53,531 nucleotides of DNA. It comes from Candidatus Calescibacterium sp. Lineage in GTDB: Bacteria; Calescibacteriota; Calescibacteriia; Calescibacteriales; Calescibacteriaceae. Numbering within the stretch: position 1 is the stretch's first letter; the number at the start of each line of letters is the position of its first letter. The translations under genes were made by a program, and so were the position numbers. The stretch is from contig JAVVGL010000015.1 of the NCBI GenBank assembly GCA_032249135.1, forward strand, positions 1 through 53,531, read 5' to 3'. This document shows positions 29,298 to 38,842 of this stretch, piece by piece. Below the pieces are notes generated by a model. That model did no database searches. It saw nothing but the letters and a program-made list of their open reading frames with translations, and was not told where the DNA came from.

Positions 29298-32200
29298 ATG
29301 GGAAATTTTCTATTGAGAAAGTCATTAAAAGCAAAAGGGAAAATTTTGGCTGCTGGAATATTTGTTTTTGGTCTTTATCTTTCTTCTGTTTTTGTTTCGC
29401 AGTGTAAAAAAGAGAGTTCAAAATCTCCTCCTCCAACTCAAGTGGGAGGACTTCCTGTTATATCAGATAAAGATATCGTAAAAGCTCCAAAGCTTGATGA
29501 AGCTATATCAGAGGTTTCTCCTCCACAGAGCATAAGCATTAGGGTTTTGAAAAAGGAAGATATAAAAGAGTTGAATCCAATACCACCTGAATATGGTGGA
29601 GCTTTTAAAGCGAAAGAAGGTGATATTCTTGTGGAAACAGAAAAAATAAGAGCTATAATTCAGAGACCATCAAAAGAAATAAGAGAAATAGGAGTATCTA
29701 CTTATGCTGGAAATATAATAGATGTTGATATAAAGAGAGAAGATGGTAAGTTTCACGATATTCTTGGTGAGGAAAATTGGTTCTGGTTTTTGGGACATAC
29801 TATAAAACCCCAAAAAATAGGAGTTCTTGAAGGGAAACAGAATGTTATAGTTGTTCTTGGAGAGCTTGACCTTCTTGATTATATAAACGCTAATGGTCTT
29901 GCGGGAACTGTTTTTAAAAGATTTATACCAAATTATGAGCTCCCATTCAAAGTAGATGAAGTAAAACCTCTCAAAGTTGCAAAATATTTCGTTTTTTCTG
30001 ACGGACGCTATATCAAAATAATTGATGTTGCATGCAGTACTTCTGAGGAGCCAATAGAAAAATTTTTCTTTGCAGATATAATTGATTCGGGAGGTTCAGG
30101 TGAGTTCTTTATTCCTTCGTCAGACCTTCAAGGATTTGGATATGTTAGCCCTTTGCCAACAGGTCTTTCTGTATTCAGAATGTCAAGTTTCGCTTTTGTA
30201 TCAGAGGAAGTTGATTCATCTTATGGAATATTCCACTTCAAAGACGGTAACTTTACAGATGATAATGTTGTTCTCGTTGTTTCTGGTGTGGCTCTTTTGG
30301 GATACGGTATGCTTGATGGGGACCCACTAAACTCTTTACTTCAAGTTGCTATGGGTACATCTTCAAGATTTATAGAGATAAAGCCAAAAGAATGTATTAT
30401 GAACCAAAAATATTTTGTAGTTGGTAATGGTTCTCCTTCTTCTTTATCTGACGAATTCTTCAGAATAAGGCAGAAAAGAGAGAAATTTAATTTATACGAG
30501 GTTCAAGGAAAAGTTAATGTTGATAATTTACCCTATTTGCCTTCCCGTCCTCGTGTTGCTGTATTCAAAGGGAATGAGCTTATTACAACAGCAATTGCTG
30601 ACCAGCGCGGAAATTTCAAACTACTTTTACCAGAAGGTGAATATAAATTCATAGCTGAACTCAAAGAATTACCACCTTCGCAACCTAAAATTGTAAAGGT
30701 ACCAGAGCAACTCAAAGTATCATTTGATCTTGGAAGTGTAGCGAAAGTTATTGTTTCTGCTGTTGAAGTTTATGAAAAAGACGGGAATATAGTGGAAAAG
30801 AATATACCTGCAAAGGTTTCATTTTTGTGCGTTGGTCCATGCCCAAAAAAAATATGCAAGGGTAAAGAGTGTGAGGTGAAATCAACTTCTTTTAGAGACT
30901 ATGTGTATGATCCTTTACCAGAAGGAGTTCAGGAAGTTGTTTTTTTGGCAAAAGGAGAAAGAACGGAGGTAAATTTACCTCCCGGAACATATAAAATCGT
31001 TGTTTCTCGCGGAATGGAGTATTCAAGATATGAAAGGGAAATTTCTTTGAGTCCGGGATCTGAAACTGAAATAAAGGCTATTTTACACAAAGTTGCCGAT
31101 ACTCCGGGATGGATTTCTGCTGATACTCATGTTCATGCTGTGAACTCTCCGGATAGTCCAGTGTCTCTTATAGATAGGGTTATAACATTTGCAGCGGAGG
31201 GTGTAGATGTTATAATATCAACAGATCATGATTGGCTTACAGATTATGAGCCTGCAATTCAGCTTGTTGGAGTTTCTGAGTTTTTGGCGTCACTTGTAGG
31301 TCAGGAAATAACAACTTTTTCTTATGGTCATTTTAACGCTTATCCACTCAGAAGAGATGAGACAAAACCATCAGATGGCGCTCTTGACTGGGCTGAAAAA
31401 TATGATAGATTCCAAAAGTATGGAATTCCGGAGAGTGAGAAAGAAAAATATAGGTTCTTGCGTTCTTTGCATCCAAGAGAAATTTTCAAAAATGCTCATC
31501 TTATGAAACCAGATAACCTCAAAAGGAATATAGTTCAAGTCAATCATCCTCGTTCAGGAGGAATGGGATATTTTGATTATGTTCTTGTAGACACTCTCAA
31601 TTTCACAACCACGCAGGACCCTTGTATGCACAGAATATTCCCTCCTCAGGGACAGTGTGGAACATCAAAGGAAATAGGAGGTAAAGATACAGGTCTTTTC
31701 ATTCCATTTGAGATTCTTGCAGATATGAATAATTTAGAAAGGTTTGACGCAATAGAAGTTTATAACTCTTACTATGAAATTCCTACGGTAATTAACGATT
31801 GGTTCACTTTCTTAAATCACGGTATTCACATAACAGCTGTTGCTTGTTCTGATACGCATCAGAAAGTCCAAGTAATATCTGGTATAGGAAGAACTTTTGC
31901 TTGGGTTGGACCTGGGAACGATTTACCTCAGAAGTTCAGGGAAGATGTACTTGTGCAATCTACTTTTGTTGATAGCATGGCTGATGGTAAAGTTTTTATA
32001 ACGAACGGCATAATTCTTGATGAGTTTAAAGTTTGTGGATTTCGCGGAGGCGGGGAAGTTTGTGCTGAGATGGGGAGATCAAATATGAAAAACATAACAT
32101 CTGGTTTCAAGGTAAAGCTCAAACTAAAAAGTGCAGATTGGGTTGACTTTGATACTTTGAGAATTTTTATAAACACACCAAAGACTGCTGTGAAATCTGG

Positions 32201-32621
32201 TGAAGCTAAAACAAATTTACCCGAACCATTTTTTGTCTCCGAAATTACACCTTACATATCTGAGAAAAATATAGGTGGTATTTCTTTCAAGTGGAGAGAG
32301 TTTTCAATTGATTTACCTATAGCTCCACCGACAGATGACTTTTGGGTTGTTGTGATGGTAAGTTGTGAGAAAAAATGTGAGCCAAATCCTATGTTCCCCG
32401 TTATAACGGATAAAAATGTAAAACCTATACTTATTACAAATCCGATATATATAGACCAGAATGGTGATGAAAAATTTACGCCCTCAAAACCAACATACGC
32501 AGATTCAGGGATTTCCCGCAGAGCGCCTGATTTTAAAACAAAAGAAGATGTCAAAAAGCTTGATAAGAAAAAATTGAAGGAGCTTTTCATTAAAGCACTG
32601 GAAACACTGCATATACATTAA
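29298..32621 (+). CDS. Large exported PHP-domain (CehA/McbA-like) metallohydrolase, probable lipoprotein
   Basis: Signal ending VSQC, carboxypeptidase-regulatory-like beta domains, PHP motifs ADTHVHA, STDHD, VNHPR, CSDTH; ATG 29298 preferred over TTG 29256. Confidence 0.85.
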   Translation: MGNFLLRKSLKAKGKILAAGIFVFGLYLSSVFVSQCKKESSKSPPPTQVGGLPVISDKDIVKAPKLDEAISEVSPPQSISIRVLKKEDIKELNPIPPEYGGAFKAKEGDILVETEKIRAIIQRPSKEIREIGVSTYAGNIIDVDIKREDGKFHDILGEENWFWFLGHTIKPQKIGVLEGKQNVIVVLGELDLLDYINANGLAGTVFKRFIPNYELPFKVDEVKPLKVAKYFVFSDGRYIKIIDVACSTSEEPIEKFFFADIIDSGGSGEFFIPSSDLQGFGYVSPLPTGLSVFRMSSFAFVSEEVDSSYGIFHFKDGNFTDDNVVLVVSGVALLGYGMLDGDPLNSLLQVAMGTSSRFIEIKPKECIMNQKYFVVGNGSPSSLSDEFFRIRQKREKFNLYEVQGKVNVDNLPYLPSRPRVAVFKGNELITTAIADQRGNFKLLLPEGEYKFIAELKELPPSQPKIVKVPEQLKVSFDLGSVAKVIVSAVEVYEKDGNIVEKNIPAKVSFLCVGPCPKKICKGKECEVKSTSFRDYVYDPLPEGVQEVVFLAKGERTEVNLPPGTYKIVVSRGMEYSRYEREISLSPGSETEIKAILHKVADTPGWISADTHVHAVNSPDSPVSLIDRVITFAAEGVDVIISTDHDWLTDYEPAIQLVGVSEFLASLVGQEITTFSYGHFNAYPLRRDETKPSDGALDWAEKYDRFQKYGIPESEKEKYRFLRSLHPREIFKNAHLMKPDNLKRNIVQVNHPRSGGMGYFDYVLVDTLNFTTTQDPCMHRIFPPQGQCGTSKEIGGKDTGLFIPFEILADMNNLERFDAIEVYNSYYEIPTVINDWFTFLNHGIHITAVACSDTHQKVQVISGIGRTFAWVGPGNDLPQKFREDVLVQSTFVDSMADGKVFITNGIILDEFKVCGFRGGGEVCAEMGRSNMKNITSGFKVKLKLKSADWVDFDTLRIFINTPKTAVKSGEAKTNLPEPFFVSEITPYISEKNIGGISFKWREFSIDLPIAPPTDDFWVVVMVSCEKKCEPNPMFPVITDKNVKPILITNPIYIDQNGDEKFTPSKPTYADSGISRRAPDFKTKEDVKKLDKKKLKELFIKALETLHIH

Positions 32622-32706
32622 TTAGAAGGTCAAAAATTCTATCAAATATATAATTAAAACGATAGTTACGTGTTATTGAGTGGTGTTATAACAATAGCTT
32701 GTTTTT

Positions 32707-33237
32707 TTAATCTATAATTTCATCTAAACTGAAAATTTTTTCAAAGAATATTCCTTGCTCTTTTACTTTTTGTCCTCCGCCTCTATCTATTATTGCTATT
32801 ACTCCTTGTGTTTCAATACCATTCTCTTTTAGTTTTTCTATTGCGTTCAGTGTTGTTTTTCCTGTTGTTATTACATCTTCTAAAAGTATTACTTTTGTTA
32901 ATTTTGGACCTTCTATTATTTTTGATGTGCCGTAATCTTTTGGATTTTTTCTCACTATTATACCTTGTGATTTGAATCCTCTCTGATGCATTTTCATCAC
33001 AGCTGCTGCAACGAGTGGAACTCCACCGAGTTCTACTCCAGCAAAGTTGTATAAACCTATCTTTTGAGCTATGTCGCATATTATATCAGATACCATATCA
33101 AGAAACTCACCCTCACCGGAGACCATTTTTATATCTATGTAGATATTTGATTTTTGACCTGATGAGAGAACGAAATCTCCTTTCAGAACAGCTTTCTCTT
33201 TTATTATTTTTTTCAGTATATCTTTTTTTTGTTCCAT
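32707..33237 (-). CDS. pyrE: Orotate phosphoribosyltransferase
   Basis: GDFVLSSGQKS.IYID, GVELGGVP, VRK..KDYGT, LEDVITTG. Confidence 0.95.
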   Translation of the reverse strand: MEQKKDILKKIIKEKAVLKGDFVLSSGQKSNIYIDIKMVSGEGEFLDMVSDIICDIAQKIGLYNFAGVELGGVPLVAAAVMKMHQRGFKSQGIIVRKNPKDYGTSKIIEGPKLTKVILLEDVITTGKTTLNAIEKLKENGIETQGVIAIIDRGGGQKVKEQGIFFEKIFSLDEIID

Positions 33238-33454
33238 CTATTTTTTGATGTGCAAATTAAAGATTTACAAAGCATTTTATCTAAAAAATCTTCATTATTA
33301 TTATGTCTGAATTTGAGCTCTTTTGGGTAATATACAAAATTTTCTCTGATAACCTACTAAAACCTCAAATATCTTTCCAATGATGATATTCAAAATCACT
33401 TTACCTGGTTTATAGATCTCCTGGGCAAACTCATTTCCATATTTATCCTTTTAA

Positions 33455-33589
33455 GGGGGAAATTTTGTGCTGATAAATGACTATGATCCAATATTGTACC
33501 AATTTCAAGCGGAAAAAGAGGATAAATTTGGGTGAGATTATATTATACGGGGACTAACGGTTTGGGTGGTGAAAATAGGAAAGATTTAA
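33455..33589 (+). pseudogene. DUF2249-domain gene remnant
   Basis: GGNFVLINDYDPILYQFQAEKEDKFG*DYIIRGLTVWVVKIGKI*, matching the DUF2249 pattern FxLxNDHDPxPLxYQF..E...F.W.Y...GP..W.V.I; the Trp position is TGA (33533); no N-terminus. Confidence 0.7.
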
Positions 33590-33695
33590 CCAAAAAGGAA
33601 GATACATCTGATATAAAATCGGAGCAGAAAATTCAAAAAATGCAAAAAACCAAAAAAGAAAATAAAAGAAAATTAATTTTAATATATATATTTTA

Positions 33696-33782
33696 GCCGA
33701 GGTGGCGGAATTGGAAGACGCGGGAGACTCAAAATCTCCTGGGGCTAAAAACCCCGTGCGGGTTCGAGTCCCGCCCTCGGCA
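33696..33782 (+). tRNA. tRNA-Leu(CAA)
   Basis: GCCGAGG/CCTCGGC acceptor stem, GGAGA-CT-CAA-AA-TCTCC anticodon arm, long variable arm GGGG/CCCC, GGTTCGAGTCC T-loop; CCA not encoded. Confidence 0.96.
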
Positions 33783-33894
33783 CATTTTTTATTGAACAAT
33801 CATTCAATTTTTCTGATTTTTAACGCACTCTTTTTTCAAAACTTATAATTGAAAATTGAAATCTAAATAAAAAATAAAAAAGGAGGTAAAACTT

Positions 33895-34326
33895 ATGGCG
33901 ACCGGAAAGAGTCCAGAAGAATTAAAAAAAGAAGTAGAGGAGGCAGCAAAAGCAGGTGATAGAAAGAAAATAATGGAAATAGGCAAAGATGCAGATCCAG
34001 AAGAAGTATACACCATAATACTTCCAACAGCAGCAAATGCGAACCCAGAAACACAGCAAAAATTGCAAGGGGTGGATGCAATTGTAAAGTTCGTTATAGA
34101 AGGTGAAGGAGGAGGAACATTCTGGATAAAAGTATCCGGTGGAAAAGTGGAGGGAGGAAAAGGAGAGCCACCAGAACCTGCAAAAGCAACCATAACCCAA
34201 AGCATAGATACATTCAGAAAGATCCAAGCAAGACAACTTGATCCTCAGATGGCATTTATGCAAGGTCTCCTGAAAATATCAGGAGATATGGGAGTTATAA
34301 TGAGACTTGCTCAACTTATGAGATAA
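33895..34326 (+). CDS. SCP2 sterol/lipid-binding domain protein
   Basis: IEGEGGGTFWIKV, ATIT, LDPQMAFMQGLLKISGDM; AGGAGGT RBS. Confidence 0.92.
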   Translation: MATGKSPEELKKEVEEAAKAGDRKKIMEIGKDADPEEVYTIILPTAANANPETQQKLQGVDAIVKFVIEGEGGGTFWIKVSGGKVEGGKGEPPEPAKATITQSIDTFRKIQARQLDPQMAFMQGLLKISGDMGVIMRLAQLMR

Positions 34327-34336
34327 AAAATAAAAC

Positions 34337-34391
34337 GGAGGGGGAAGTATAAAGAAGTATAAAATAAATAAAGACAAAAAACTCCCCCTCC
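34337..34391 (+). terminator. Long-loop inverted repeat after the SCP2 gene (terminator-like)
   Basis: GGAGGGGGA(A)GT ... ACTCCCCCTCC. Confidence 0.5.
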
Positions 34392-34399
34392 CCCAATTT

Positions 34400-34993
34400 A
34401 TGTTTTCAAAAGAAAGAGCATTAGTTATAACAAAAAAGAATAAAGGTGAAGATTTGTATATATGTTTGTTAGGGGAGGAGAGTGGAATATTTTGGTGTGT
34501 CGCAAAGCACGCCAGAAAAAGTAAGAGAAGATTTCTTAACATCTTAGAGCCTCCATCTTTAATTCAAGCATATCTACGTAAATCTAAGTTCTCTCAAAAC
34601 ATCATAATTGAAAAAGCCGAATTAGAAAATTTGTTTGAGGAAATAAAAAATTCACTTCTGAAAATTTTGATAGCGTGGTTTTCCCTTGAACTTACAAGAG
34701 CAGTTTCATTCTCAAAAGATACTTTTGAAGTGCTTCTTAACTTTCTTCTAAAAATTTCCAAGGAAGATGAATATGATCTAAAAAAAGAATACGAAAAAAT
34801 AATTTACAAATTCGGGCAGGAAGTGCTTGAAAAAGAAGGTTTTATAGTAAGTGGGAAAAATGGCAGTCAAAACTCAGCCAATCTGAAATTTATTGAAAAA
34901 ACATTAGAGGAAATATATGGTCGTAAGCTAAAACTTTTCTCAATTTTAGATCTGATAAAAAAAGTAGCAACAGAGGATGATGAAATTAAATGA
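34400..34993 (+). CDS. recO: DNA repair protein RecO (divergent, no clear Zn finger)
   Basis: N-terminal OB pattern GEDLYICLL.E.G...VAKHARKSKRRF..LEP. Confidence 0.75.
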   Translation: MFSKERALVITKKNKGEDLYICLLGEESGIFWCVAKHARKSKRRFLNILEPPSLIQAYLRKSKFSQNIIIEKAELENLFEEIKNSLLKILIAWFSLELTRAVSFSKDTFEVLLNFLLKISKEDEYDLKKEYEKIIYKFGQEVLEKEGFIVSGKNGSQNSANLKFIEKTLEEIYGRKLKLFSILDLIKKVATEDDEIK

Positions 34994-35017
34994 TGAAATT
35001 ATTTATCTTTTAATTGA

Positions 35018-35239
35018 TTATTTGTTTTGTGATTGATTTATTTGTCTTTCTTTCAAGATAGTGAGTATTCTTGCTATTTCTTTTTTTGTTTGTCTTATTT
35101 TTGCAGAATTTCCTCTACCTTCAAGCTTTATAGCCGTTCTCAAACCGAAAAGTTCTTTCTTCAACTCCGAAAGCCTTGAAATCAGTTCTGCGTCCGACAT
35201 TCTTCTCAAAAGTTCAAGCTGTTCCTTCCTTTTACTCAT
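35018..35239 (-). CDS. rpmC: 50S ribosomal protein uL29
   Basis: LRRMSDAEL...L.ELKKELFGLR...N.AKIRQTKKEIARILTILKE. Confidence 0.93.
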   Translation of the reverse strand: MSKRKEQLELLRRMSDAELISRLSELKKELFGLRTAIKLEGRGNSAKIRQTKKEIARILTILKERQINQSQNK

Positions 35240-35273
35240 AGCTTTTAATCTAAAAATAAGCTATAAGATTTTG

Positions 35274-36383
35274 TTATTTTTGATTTTCTTCACTATTTTT
35301 GAGTTTTTCTTCTTTTTCAAGTCTTCTTTTTCTCCAATCTGGTATTATTTTTTGTTCGGATCGCTCAACAGCAAGAGCATAAGGAGGCACATCTTTTGTT
35401 ATAGTTGAGCCGGCACCAATATAAGCGTAATCTCCTATTTTCAAAGGAGCTACAAGCATAGAACCAGAACCTATGAAGGCAAAATCACCTATATCTGTTG
35501 GATTCTTTTTTAACCCATCCCAATTACAAGTTACTGTCCCAGCTCCAATATTTACATTCTTTCCTATCTTCGCATCTCCTATATAAGAAAAATGTTGAAT
35601 TTTTGAGTTTTCTCCAATTTGAGAGTTTTTTATTTCAGCAAAGTTTCCAATCTTCGCTCCCCTTCCAACGGAAACACGAGGTCTCATTCTCGCAAATGGA
35701 CCAACTTGGACATCCTCTTCTATTTCAGCTCCCTCAATATAGCAATAAGGTAAAATACGAACTCTGCTTCCAATCTTACTTTTTATAATATGATTTCCAG
35801 GGTAGATTACAGAAGATTCTCCGATAAATGATGATATAATGAAAGTATCTCCGAATATTACTGCATTCTTTTCTATTTGGGAATCAAAAGAAATAAAGGT
35901 TTCATCTGGTGAAACCAAAAATGCAATCTGGGATACCTCATCGTTTTTTATCTTTTTTGATATATGAAGAGCTCTTGTCCAATCTGACTTTGTTTTTAAC
36001 CTAAAAGAAAAAGGTGCTCTGAAAATTTCTTTTTTATCTCTTTTGGGTTCATGATCCAAAGATATGATAAAACTTTCAGATTCAGAACACAAAGAAAACT
36101 CTCCTCTTCCCAAATTTTTTCTCAATATAAGACTGAAAATAGCTTTTGAACACTCATCAATAAAATCCGGATGTGGTGGAACAAAGCTATCTTTGAAAAT
36201 AAAAAAGAAAACCTCTGGTACTTCAATATGTATGCCTCTTTCACTCTCAACTTCCAAAAATTTCTTTATATTATCACTCAGCCTTTCAGCAGTAATTTTA
36301 GCTATATCTGGAAGAGAAATCCCAATTATATCGGGAAACTCCTCACCTTCTTCTATGAGAACTACTTTCAGTTTAAAACTCAT
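35274..36383 (-). CDS. glmU: GlmU-like glucosamine-1-phosphate acetyltransferase (left-handed beta-helix) with degenerate N-terminal domain
   Basis: [62 protein letters not shown]; no LAAGxGTRM motif. Confidence 0.8.
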   Translation of the reverse strand: MSFKLKVVLIEEGEEFPDIIGISLPDIAKITAERLSDNIKKFLEVESERGIHIEVPEVFFFIFKDSFVPPHPDFIDECSKAIFSLILRKNLGRGEFSLCSESESFIISLDHEPKRDKKEIFRAPFSFRLKTKSDWTRALHISKKIKNDEVSQIAFLVSPDETFISFDSQIEKNAVIFGDTFIISSFIGESSVIYPGNHIIKSKIGSRVRILPYCYIEGAEIEEDVQVGPFARMRPRVSVGRGAKIGNFAEIKNSQIGENSKIQHFSYIGDAKIGKNVNIGAGTVTCNWDGLKKNPTDIGDFAFIGSGSMLVAPLKIGDYAYIGAGSTITKDVPPYALAVERSEQKIIPDWRKRRLEKEEKLKNSEENQK

Positions 36384-36454
36384 ACTTTACAGAATAAAAA
36401 ATTCATCCTAAAAAAATAATTTTTGAAATTAAGTTTTTCAGTAAAACTAAGTTT

Positions 36455-37177
36455 TTACTTTACTATCCCCAAAACTCTAAATCCCCCAAACCCGAAAATT
36501 AGAGAATACCCTATACCAGAGAAAAATCCTATAGCTTCTCTCACATTTTTTACATATTTTGGTGGAATATATAATATATCACCGGGGGTGAGATATATAT
36601 TCTGAGTGAAATCTCCTTCCTTTATTATTTTTTCTATGTTGACGCTATAAATATCACTTGACTTTTTTGCTTCATTCCATCTTATAACATAGACACGAGA
36701 AAGTTTATTATCTTTTGGTGAAACTCCTGCTATTATAACTGCCTCAAAAACACTTAGAGGTCTTTGAACATAAATTACGCCTATACTTTCATCTTTGACA
36801 ACATAAATTTTTTGGCTTTTCATTTGTCTAACAAAAACTGCAACATAAGGTCTCTTTATATATTCAGAGAAAATTTTTTGTAATTGCATCTTTAAACCAA
36901 TAGATGTCATGCCAACAACATAGTACTCACCTACCAAGGGTATCAGAATTCTTCCCTCATCATCTACCTCATATGTACCTGAAACTCCTATCTCATCAGG
37001 AACAAGTTTTATTTCAATAATATCTCCTGGTCCTATTGGGTATCTTGTCTCCGGAGTAATAAATGGTCCGGGCGGCAGAGGTGGGGGTTCTTTATAACAT
37101 CTTAAAGCAAGAGTACATAAAAAAATTAGAACCGCAAACGAAATTTTATACAAAACTATTTTTCTTTTTCCATCCAT
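36455..37177 (-). CDS. Polysaccharide biosynthesis/export (Wza/Poly_export + SLBB) lipoprotein
   Basis: YPIGPGDII, VDDEGRILIPLVG, YIKRPYVAV, NIYLTPGDILYIP. Confidence 0.88.
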   Translation of the reverse strand: MDGKRKIVLYKISFAVLIFLCTLALRCYKEPPPLPPGPFITPETRYPIGPGDIIEIKLVPDEIGVSGTYEVDDEGRILIPLVGEYYVVGMTSIGLKMQLQKIFSEYIKRPYVAVFVRQMKSQKIYVVKDESIGVIYVQRPLSVFEAVIIAGVSPKDNKLSRVYVIRWNEAKKSSDIYSVNIEKIIKEGDFTQNIYLTPGDILYIPPKYVKNVREAIGFFSGIGYSLIFGFGGFRVLGIVK

Positions 37178-37186
37178 ATCCAGAAG

Positions 37187-37732
37187 TCAAAATCTTTTTA
37201 TATAATGAGAAATTCCAAACAATATGTTATATTTCGGTAGCTCATCTGCAACAATATTTATAGGAAAATCAAGAAAGAAGGAAAAACTTTTGCTTATCTT
37301 TGTCTCTATGCCTAACATCAAGGAAAACTCGCCTTTTGCATTAAGTTTAAGAAAATCAAACTTTCCCGGTTCTTTTCTCAACCACATAACATTTATAACT
37401 GTTCCTAAATAAGGAAAAATCTGATCATTTATTTCTCTGAAATTGAAAAATAATCCATATCCTGTTACAGGAACAATATCTTTTTTCTCCAATCTCCACA
37501 CTCCCTGAAATTCAAATGTTCCTTGAATATCTTCATCAAATTCTCCGGGAGAAAATTTTATCTTACCGACACCACTTGCTGGTGGTATTCCTCCACCGCC
37601 CCCAACAGAATAAAAGATGTTTCTTTTCATGCACGAAAAAAATGAAAGATTGAGAAAAGTTAGCAAAAATAGATAACTCAAAATACGGAATTTTTGTGAT
37701 CTTTGATTAACTATCTGCATAACCAAAAACAA
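37187..37732 (-). CDS. Hypothetical lipoprotein / small beta-rich outer membrane protein
   Basis: FFSC lipobox-like, alternating beta-strand pattern, C-terminal Phe. Confidence 0.6.
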   Translation of the reverse strand: MFLVMQIVNQRSQKFRILSYLFLLTFLNLSFFSCMKRNIFYSVGGGGGIPPASGVGKIKFSPGEFDEDIQGTFEFQGVWRLEKKDIVPVTGYGLFFNFREINDQIFPYLGTVINVMWLRKEPGKFDFLKLNAKGEFSLMLGIETKISKSFSFFLDFPINIVADELPKYNILFGISHYIKRF

Positions 37733-37779
37733 GTGTTTATTACTATTATTTATTTTTTATTACTATTATTTATTTTTTA

Positions 37780-38823
37780 TCAATTTGTTGTAATGTATTC
37801 ACCTTTTAGTCTTTTTATAAATTCTTTCGGAAAATCAGGAAGTAAAATTGACATTTTACGAAAGGGAAATCTTAACGCAACGGATAGAGCAAAAATTTTG
37901 TCTTGATATGGAATCATGAAAAGATAATCTCTTAACCTGAAAAGAAAAAAAGGGGATGAGACAAAACTTGATACTAAGCGAGAATAAAGAACAGTTGATT
38001 TTTTAAATTCTCCCAGCCAGTTTGGTTCTTTCAAACCGAATACCTTTACTGCCCCTAAAACACCGATAAGTAAAAAATTCACAACTTTGAATTTTTCAGC
38101 TATATGAATTAGTTTTACTGCGTTTTGGTGAGAGTTCAAAATAACCTTTGATATATCAAGAAAAATTCTGAGGGGAAAAGCGTGCTGAAAAAGATGACAA
38201 GAAATTTCAATCAAGTCCCACTCAGAAGATAATGTTTTCACTTTGATATATTCATTTTTGAACTTTATTTTTGTAAATTCTGTTTCAACATCTTCATATT
38301 TTATATCAACAAACAATCTATCACACAGCCAAGTATGAACTCCAACTGAAATGTCTCCGTTTTTAAACTGTATTGCGTGCCCGATCTTTTCTTTTATCTT
38401 TGAAAGAGGAATGGGAGAGAAACCAGATTCAAGGAGGAAATTTAAAAACTTATCTTTATCAGATTCTTTTATGAGTAAATCTATATCTCCGGCGTGTCTT
38501 ACTTGCAAGCCACCATAGTATTTTTGAGCAACGGAGAAACCTTTGAGCAACACAAAATCAAATCCTGATTTAGAAAGAAATTTCAGAGTTTCAAAATTAT
38601 TCTTTATTTTTTTTAGGTTCAAAAGATAATCAAAGTAGAAAATTTCTGACCAAATTTTTCGCTTTTTTAACTCAGAAAAAATTTGAGTTGAAACACCGTA
38701 TCTTTTTGCTTTGCTGAAAATCTGATATTCAAAATCTCTGAAAGTTTTCTCATCAAATTCCTGACCACAAAGTATTTTCAAAATTATCTCATCTTCTTTT
38801 GATATCATCTGATTTGACAGCAC
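37780..38823 (-). CDS. Nucleotidyltransferase family protein (NTP_transf_5-like)
   Basis: VLLKG.....Y....R..GDIDLLI motif; later H residues. Confidence 0.85.
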   Translation of the reverse strand: MLSNQMISKEDEIILKILCGQEFDEKTFRDFEYQIFSKAKRYGVSTQIFSELKKRKIWSEIFYFDYLLNLKKIKNNFETLKFLSKSGFDFVLLKGFSVAQKYYGGLQVRHAGDIDLLIKESDKDKFLNFLLESGFSPIPLSKIKEKIGHAIQFKNGDISVGVHTWLCDRLFVDIKYEDVETEFTKIKFKNEYIKVKTLSSEWDLIEISCHLFQHAFPLRIFLDISKVILNSHQNAVKLIHIAEKFKVVNFLLIGVLGAVKVFGLKEPNWLGEFKKSTVLYSRLVSSFVSSPFFLFRLRDYLFMIPYQDKIFALSVALRFPFRKMSILLPDFPKEFIKRLKGEYITTN

Positions 38824-38842
38824 CTGATTTTCCCTTTTGATC

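Noticed and set aside
33533-33535. In-frame TGA in the DUF2249 remnant as Sec or Trp recoding
   Set aside because: TGA acts as a normal stop elsewhere (e.g. recO, prs, Clp1), the position is a Trp rather than Cys site, and the fragment has other lesions.
37780-38823. NTP_transf_5 protein replacing the lost GlmU uridyltransferase
   Set aside because: It has a Pol-beta-type motif rather than the GT-A-like sugar-phosphate nucleotidyltransferase fold; proximity is the only support.
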